This document shows positions 59,125-64,000 of a DNA stretch of 64,000 nucleotides, one piece after another. The notes beneath the pieces are model-generated. The model saw nothing but the letters and a program-made list of their open reading frames with translations, did not search any database and was not told the origin of the DNA. The position numbers and the translations under genes are program-made. Positions within the stretch are counted from its first letter, which is position 1; every line of letters begins with the position of its first letter. This stretch comes from Candidatus Sericytochromatia bacterium (GTDB taxonomy: Bacteria > Cyanobacteriota > Sericytochromatia > S15B-MN24 > JAQBPE01): contig JAYKIL010000012.1 of assembly GCA_035284745.1 (NCBI GenBank), positions 86,605 through 150,604 of the forward strand, read 5' to 3'.

Positions 59125-60756
59125 ATGAGCCACCCAACCTCTGACCTTCTTGCTGAAATAAACAAACGGCGAACGTTTGCCATCATTTCGCACCCCGACG
59201 CGGGCAAAACCACCCTGACTGAGAAACTGCTCTTATACGGCGGCGCCATTCATACGGCAGGTGCTGTTAAGGCGTCGAAAGCGTCTCGGCACGCGACCTC
59301 TGACTGGATGGAGTTAGAAAAGCAGCGTGGCATTTCTGTGACCACCTCCGTGATGCAATTTCCGTATAAGGGCCACGAACTGAATCTCCTGGACACGCCG
59401 GGTCACCAAGACTTTTCCGAAGACACTTACCGCACCCTGGCTGCGGTCGACTCCGCCGTCATGCTCATTGACTGCGTGAAGGGTGTTGAAACCCAGACCA
59501 AAAAACTGTTTACGGTCTGTCGCATGCGAGGCATCCCCATCTTCACCTTCATTAACAAGCTGGATCGCAATGGGCAGGACCCTTTGGAACTGATGGAGGA
59601 GATTGAAACGGTGCTGGGCATCCGCACCACACCACTTAATTGGCCGATCGGCATGGGTTCTGACTTCCGCGGAATTTACGAACGGCGAAGCGAAGAAGTG
59701 GTGTTGTTCGAGAACACCCGACACGGCACCAAGGAAGGCTCGGTCCAGCGCCTCTCCCTGAGCGACGAAACCTTGCCTCAGGTTATCGGCCAATCTCACT
59801 ATGACAAATTGCTTGAAGATATCGAGATGTTGGACATCGCGGGCGACCCTTTTGACGCTGAACGGGTGGCCCGGGGAGAGTTGTCTCCGATGTACTTCGG
59901 TTCGGCCATGACGAATTTTGGCGTCGAGCCTTTTCTCGATTCATTTGTGGGTCTTGCCCCAAAACCAGCCTCAAAACCGACGGCCGAAGGGGAAAGACAC
60001 CCCAATGACCCGCGATTCAGCGGCTTCATCTTTAAAATCCAGGCCAATATGAATCCTGCACATCGCGATTGTGTCGCCTTTATGCGAATCGTCTCAGGCA
60101 AGTTTGTCCGGGGGATGAATGTCCGCCACGCGCGCCTGGGGCGGGACGTGCGCCTGGCCAAATCGTTACAATTTATGGCCCAAGACCGGGCCTTGGTTGA
60201 AGAAGCATTTCCTGGCGACGTGGTCGGCCTCTTCGACCCGGGATTTTTGCGAATCGGCGATACCTTGTGTGAAGGTCAAACGATAGAATTTCAAGGGATC
60301 CCTCGATTCACGCCAGAAATATTCGCAACCATCAGCCTCAAGGATCCCAGTAAACGTAAACAATTTAAAAAGGGCCTCGATCAACTGATAGAAGAGGGCG
60401 CGGTTCAGCTTTTTTTCCGTCCATCCGTGGGGGAACAAGAGCCCATTTTGGGGGCCGTGGGACGCTTGCAGTTTGACGTATTCTCCCACCGGTTGAAAGC
60501 CGAATACAGCGTTGACGTTGTTTTCAGAGAATTGCCGTTTGAGACGGCTCGCTGGGTTGTCGGCACCGTGCAAGACATTCCAAAGCTGGAACACTTCGGC
60601 GACAACATGTTCCTCCACGACCGTGATGGCCGCGCGATGCTATTGTTTAGAAATCCCTTGGCTTTGCGCTGGGAAGCCGAGCGTCATCCTGACCTACGTT
60701 TCCTCGAGAATTTGGATGATGCCATCGCGGGCCCGCGAATGCCCCACGCGCATTAA
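59125..60756 (+). CDS. prfC: Peptide chain release factor 3 (translational GTPase)
   Basis: G1 AIISHPDAGKTT, G3 DTPGHQDF and G4 NKLD. Characteristic RF3 N-terminus RRTFAIISHPDAGKTTLTEKLL. Confidence 0.9.
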   Translation: MSHPTSDLLAEINKRRTFAIISHPDAGKTTLTEKLLLYGGAIHTAGAVKASKASRHATSDWMELEKQRGISVTTSVMQFPYKGHELNLLDTPGHQDFSEDTYRTLAAVDSAVMLIDCVKGVETQTKKLFTVCRMRGIPIFTFINKLDRNGQDPLELMEEIETVLGIRTTPLNWPIGMGSDFRGIYERRSEEVVLFENTRHGTKEGSVQRLSLSDETLPQVIGQSHYDKLLEDIEMLDIAGDPFDAERVARGELSPMYFGSAMTNFGVEPFLDSFVGLAPKPASKPTAEGERHPNDPRFSGFIFKIQANMNPAHRDCVAFMRIVSGKFVRGMNVRHARLGRDVRLAKSLQFMAQDRALVEEAFPGDVVGLFDPGFLRIGDTLCEGQTIEFQGIPRFTPEIFATISLKDPSKRKQFKKGLDQLIEEGAVQLFFRPSVGEQEPILGAVGRLQFDVFSHRLKAEYSVDVVFRELPFETARWVVGTVQDIPKLEHFGDNMFLHDRDGRAMLLFRNPLALRWEAERHPDLRFLENLDDAIAGPRMPHAH

Positions 60757-60850
60757 TGCATCCCCCTCTTCGACCCATCAGCTATTTTGCCCGATGAATT
60801 GAGGCGACTTGGCTATTTCTGTGCTGTGATGGAGGCTTTATGTTAATACG

Positions 60851-61654
60851 ATGTGTCCCCGTCACAACAAAGACTGTAGTCGCCAGTATGTGACTTTCAC
60901 TCGCAGGCGAAACACCTACGCCAAGGGGGCTGGCCGCACCCGAGCCCCCTTGGCGCTGGACGATTCCGCGATACGTATCATCGACCACGAATTTCGCACC
61001 CCATTGAATATCATTATGGGTTTTTCGGTTCTGCTCGTGGATGGGGGGTATGGCCCCCTCTCCCCGGAAGCCCGCGAGGCGTCCGCGCAGATCCTCGCCA
61101 GCGCGACGCGCCTCAAAGAAATATTGGAAGACCTGCAATTACACGCAAATTTGATGAATGGCCGTGGCACGCTACAGGTGGACGAAATTTCTGCAGAAGA
61201 GCTCGCCAGCGCCCTGCGAGGTGAATTCGAGGCCGAATTCACTCGTCGCAATCAACGATTGGAAATCCAGTTGGCTCAACCGATCCCTCGACTGCACAGC
61301 GACGTTTGTCGCCTTTACACGGCCATGCGCCATCTTCTCGCCAACGCTCACAAATTTACACCACCCGGCGGGCGTATCATCTTGCGCATCGAACCGCTTA
61401 AATCGGGATGGCGCCTGAGCGTCCTCGACAACGGAATTGGCATTCCGGAGGATGCGAAGGCTCGCGTCTTCGAAAATTTTTTTCAGGCAGATGCGAGTGA
61501 CGCACGCTCGCACGGCGGTCTGGGGCTGGGTCTTGCCATCGTCAAAGCCCTGGTTAGATCATTAGGAGGAGACGTCGCATTGGAAAGCGAGCCCGGTAAC
61601 GGCAGTCGCTTTGCCATTACCCTCCCTGCAGACCCCAGACACATCCGTCGCTAG
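60851..61654 (+). CDS. Cytoplasmic orphan histidine kinase (HisKA plus HATPase_c, no sensor or TM domain)
   Basis: H-box IIDHEFRTPLNIIMG. N/G boxes LANAHKFTPPGG, DNGIGIP and GGLGLGLAIVK. Start uncertain. Confidence 0.7.
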   Translation: MCPRHNKDCSRQYVTFTRRRNTYAKGAGRTRAPLALDDSAIRIIDHEFRTPLNIIMGFSVLLVDGGYGPLSPEAREASAQILASATRLKEILEDLQLHANLMNGRGTLQVDEISAEELASALRGEFEAEFTRRNQRLEIQLAQPIPRLHSDVCRLYTAMRHLLANAHKFTPPGGRIILRIEPLKSGWRLSVLDNGIGIPEDAKARVFENFFQADASDARSHGGLGLGLAIVKALVRSLGGDVALESEPGNGSRFAITLPADPRHIRR

Positions 61655-61755
61655 TCAAAAACATTTTCACCAGAGGCTGTAAACGCTATGATAAAGGCGT
61701 GAACAAAATATCAGCTACCCGTTTTGAAACATCCTCTCCAACGGCGCCCGAAACC

Positions 61756-63042
61756 ATGGGGGTGGCGTTGCTGGGTTGTGGCACGGTGGGCTCCGGTGTC
61801 GCGGAACTCCTTCTTCGCGAGGACAAGCGCTACGCACACCGTGCGGGCCGCCCCGTCGAGCTGGTCGGTGTCGGAGTACGCGACCTCCAGCGAGCTCGCT
61901 CCATTCCCGAGGACCTCCTGACCACCGACCTGCCCAAACTGGTCGCAGACCCTCGCGTTCGGATCGTGGTCGAGGCACTGGGGGGCGTCGAGCCAGCATA
62001 CTCTTTGATTATGTCAGCGATTGAGCAAGGTAAGCACGTCGTCACTGCGAATAAAGAGGTCATTGCCCGTTTCGGGCACACAATTTTTCCGGCCGCCCGC
62101 GCCCGCGGGGTGGCGGTTCATATCGAAGCCACGGTGGGGGGAGGAATCCCCATCATTAACGCGATGAAAAGCAGCCTTGCCGCCAACCGAATTCATCAAG
62201 TCGCCGGTATCATCAACGGAACCACCAACTACATCTTAACAGCCATGACCGCCCAAGGGACCAGTTTGCCCGAAGCCCTGGCAGAGGCACAACGGCTCGG
62301 ATATGCTGAGGCGGACCCAACCGCCGACGTTGACGCCTTCGATGCCGCTTATAAAATCGCAATTCTGGCCTCCATATTTTTTGACCACCGGATTGCGATC
62401 GATGATGTGTATCGTGAGGGAATTGCCGATCTCACGCCTGCGGATATCGCTTATGCGCGAGAGTTGGGCTATGTGGTGAAACTTTTGGGGGTCGCAAAAC
62501 GGGAGTCTGCCGGCGCAACAGAAGTCCTTCAGGTGCGCGTGCATCCAGCCCTCATTCCACAACATCACCCACTGGCCCCCATAGATGGCGTGATGAACGC
62601 CATCGCAGTCGCAGGAGACTCCGTGGGCGAAGTGATGTTTTCAGGTCCTGGAGCGGGTAAAATGGCGACCGCCAGTGCCGTCGTGGGTGACATCCTCGCG
62701 ATCGCAGCGCAACCAGACACCCCGGCCCGTCTCCTCACGTGTCTCCACGACGGCATTGGAGACATCGATCCAATTGACTCTGTCGTCACCAAGTTTTACA
62801 TTCGCCTTCTCGCGCACGATGAACCCGGTGTCATTGGTATCATCGGCCAGGTCTGCGGACGCGCAGGGATCTCGATTCGCTCGATGGTGCAAAAAGGGGA
62901 ACGGGACGGTCTGGCAGAAATTGTCTTGGTGACGCACCTTGTGAAGGAGGCGTCAATGCGACGTGCCTTGGCCGACCTCGGGAACCAACCGTCCATTCAC
63001 TCGATAGGCTCCGTTATTCGCGTAGAGGACCTTGCGGCGTGA
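61756..63042 (+). CDS. hom: Homoserine dehydrogenase with C-terminal ACT domain
   Basis: ATG at 61756 ([18 protein letters not shown]-binding motif). Central catalytic domain, and C-terminal ACT ([18 protein letters not shown]). Confidence 0.85.
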   Translation: MGVALLGCGTVGSGVAELLLREDKRYAHRAGRPVELVGVGVRDLQRARSIPEDLLTTDLPKLVADPRVRIVVEALGGVEPAYSLIMSAIEQGKHVVTANKEVIARFGHTIFPAARARGVAVHIEATVGGGIPIINAMKSSLAANRIHQVAGIINGTTNYILTAMTAQGTSLPEALAEAQRLGYAEADPTADVDAFDAAYKIAILASIFFDHRIAIDDVYREGIADLTPADIAYARELGYVVKLLGVAKRESAGATEVLQVRVHPALIPQHHPLAPIDGVMNAIAVAGDSVGEVMFSGPGAGKMATASAVVGDILAIAAQPDTPARLLTCLHDGIGDIDPIDSVVTKFYIRLLAHDEPGVIGIIGQVCGRAGISIRSMVQKGERDGLAEIVLVTHLVKEASMRRALADLGNQPSIHSIGSVIRVEDLAA

Positions 63043-63089
63043 GCCATCAAATTCCTGCCACCCCGACGCATCGTGCGCTGCCCAAGGGC

Positions 63090-64000
63090 ATGGCGCCCGC
63101 CTGTTGGCCGGGGTTACTTGAGCGCTATCGCGCGTTTTTGCCACTAGAGGCCAACAGCCCCATCGTCACGCTTCACGAAGGAAATACCCCGTTGGTCGCA
63201 TCGGAGCGGATCCATCGGAGGTTGGGCTCCAACATTCGGCTGCATTTCAAACTAGAGGGGGCCAACCCAACAGGCTCATTCAAAGACCGCGGGATGACCA
63301 TGGCTGTGAGTAAAGCAGTGGAAATGGGCAGTCAAGCTCTCATCTGCGCCTCTACAGGCAACACATCCGCTGCCATGGCTGCCTATGCCGCCAGGGCCGG
63401 GGTGCGATGCTTCATGTTGGTCCCGCACGGCTATGTGGCCATGGGGAAACTTGCGCAAGGTCTTCATTACGGAGCGCAAGTCATCTCAGTCGAAGGAAAC
63501 TTCGACCAAGCCCTTTCGATCGTCCGGGAATTATCGGTCTCCTACCCCGTCACGCTGGTCAATTCTGTGAACCCCTTCCGGATTGAGGGTCAGAAAACAG
63601 GTGCTTTTGAGGTTGTCGACCAACTCGGTGAAGCGCCGGACTTCCTCGCCATCCCCGTCGGAAACGCGGGTAACATGACTGCATACTGGAGAGGCTTCCA
63701 GAATTACCGCGCCGCCGGATTGGCGAATAAAACGCCCGCGATGCTCGGGTACCAGGCGGCAGGGGCTGCACCGTTGGTGCTGGGACACACTGTTCCAAAT
63801 CCCGAAACCATTGCCACGGCAATTCGCATCGGCAACCCTGCCAGCGGGCCGTTCGCGCTAGAAGCCCGGGACGCCTCCGGGGGGGAAATTGCAGCGGTGA
63901 CTGACGAAGAAATCTTACACGCCTATGACATGCTCGCGCGCGAGGAAGGCCTTTTTTGTGAACCAGCCTCTGCCGCGGGCCTCGCAGGATTGCTCACTCG
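63090..64000 (+). CDS. thrC: Threonine synthase (partial, continues beyond window end)
   Basis: Manual translation: [35 protein letters not shown]...[24 protein letters not shown] (PLP Lys) ...[16 protein letters not shown]. Not in the supplied ORF track because no stop is reached. A GTG at 63039 overlapping the hom stop is an alternative start. Confidence 0.8.
   Translation, partial: MAPACWPGLLERYRAFLPLEANSPIVTLHEGNTPLVASERIHRRLGSNIRLHFKLEGANPTGSFKDRGMTMAVSKAVEMGSQALICASTGNTSAAMAAYAARAGVRCFMLVPHGYVAMGKLAQGLHYGAQVISVEGNFDQALSIVRELSVSYPVTLVNSVNPFRIEGQKTGAFEVVDQLGEAPDFLAIPVGNAGNMTAYWRGFQNYRAAGLANKTPAMLGYQAAGAAPLVLGHTVPNPETIATAIRIGNPASGPFALEARDASGGEIAAVTDEEILHAYDMLAREEGLFCEPASAAGLAGLLT

Noticed and set aside
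1-64000. CRISPR arrays, rRNA genes, transposases, integrases or prophage genes
   Set aside because: No regularly spaced direct repeats, no rRNA-like conserved stretches, and no protein with DDE, tyrosine-recombinase or phage structural motifs was seen. The only mobile-element-like gene is the stand-alone HNH endonuclease.

Overview
This is a 64-kb, gene-dense, high-GC bacterial chromosomal segment with about 56 protein-coding genes and two tRNAs (tRNA-Gly-GCC, tRNA-Lys-TTT). Both tRNAs were found by reading the minus strand. I found no rRNA, CRISPR array, transposase or integrase. Most genes are housekeeping: rsmI, rlmD, upp, ndk, mutS2, dgt, gatA/gatB, rnd, prfC, hom/thrC, class-I fba, hppA, crcB, nfu and a Dps-like gene. 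Accessory content includes a two-component-system operon carrying a Clp-N protein, an orphan family-5 solute-binding protein and an S51 peptidase. It also includes a large multidomain putative outer-membrane protein, a partner-switching module (RsbW-like kinase plus STAS protein) placed directly upstream of a GAF-GGDEF cyclase, and a glycine-zipper protein behind the only strongly AT-rich island in the window. There is also a tandem GH57 alpha-glucan pair plus a GH13 enzyme, an HNH endonuclease next to an ATP-grasp ligase, and a KGG-repeat stress protein. Many genes use GTG or TTG starts and 4-bp start/stop overlaps. Two edge genes (1..635 on the minus strand and thrC at 63090..64000) are absent from the supplied ORF track and were recovered by manual translation. 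All functional calls come from motif recognition by eye; no database search was possible.
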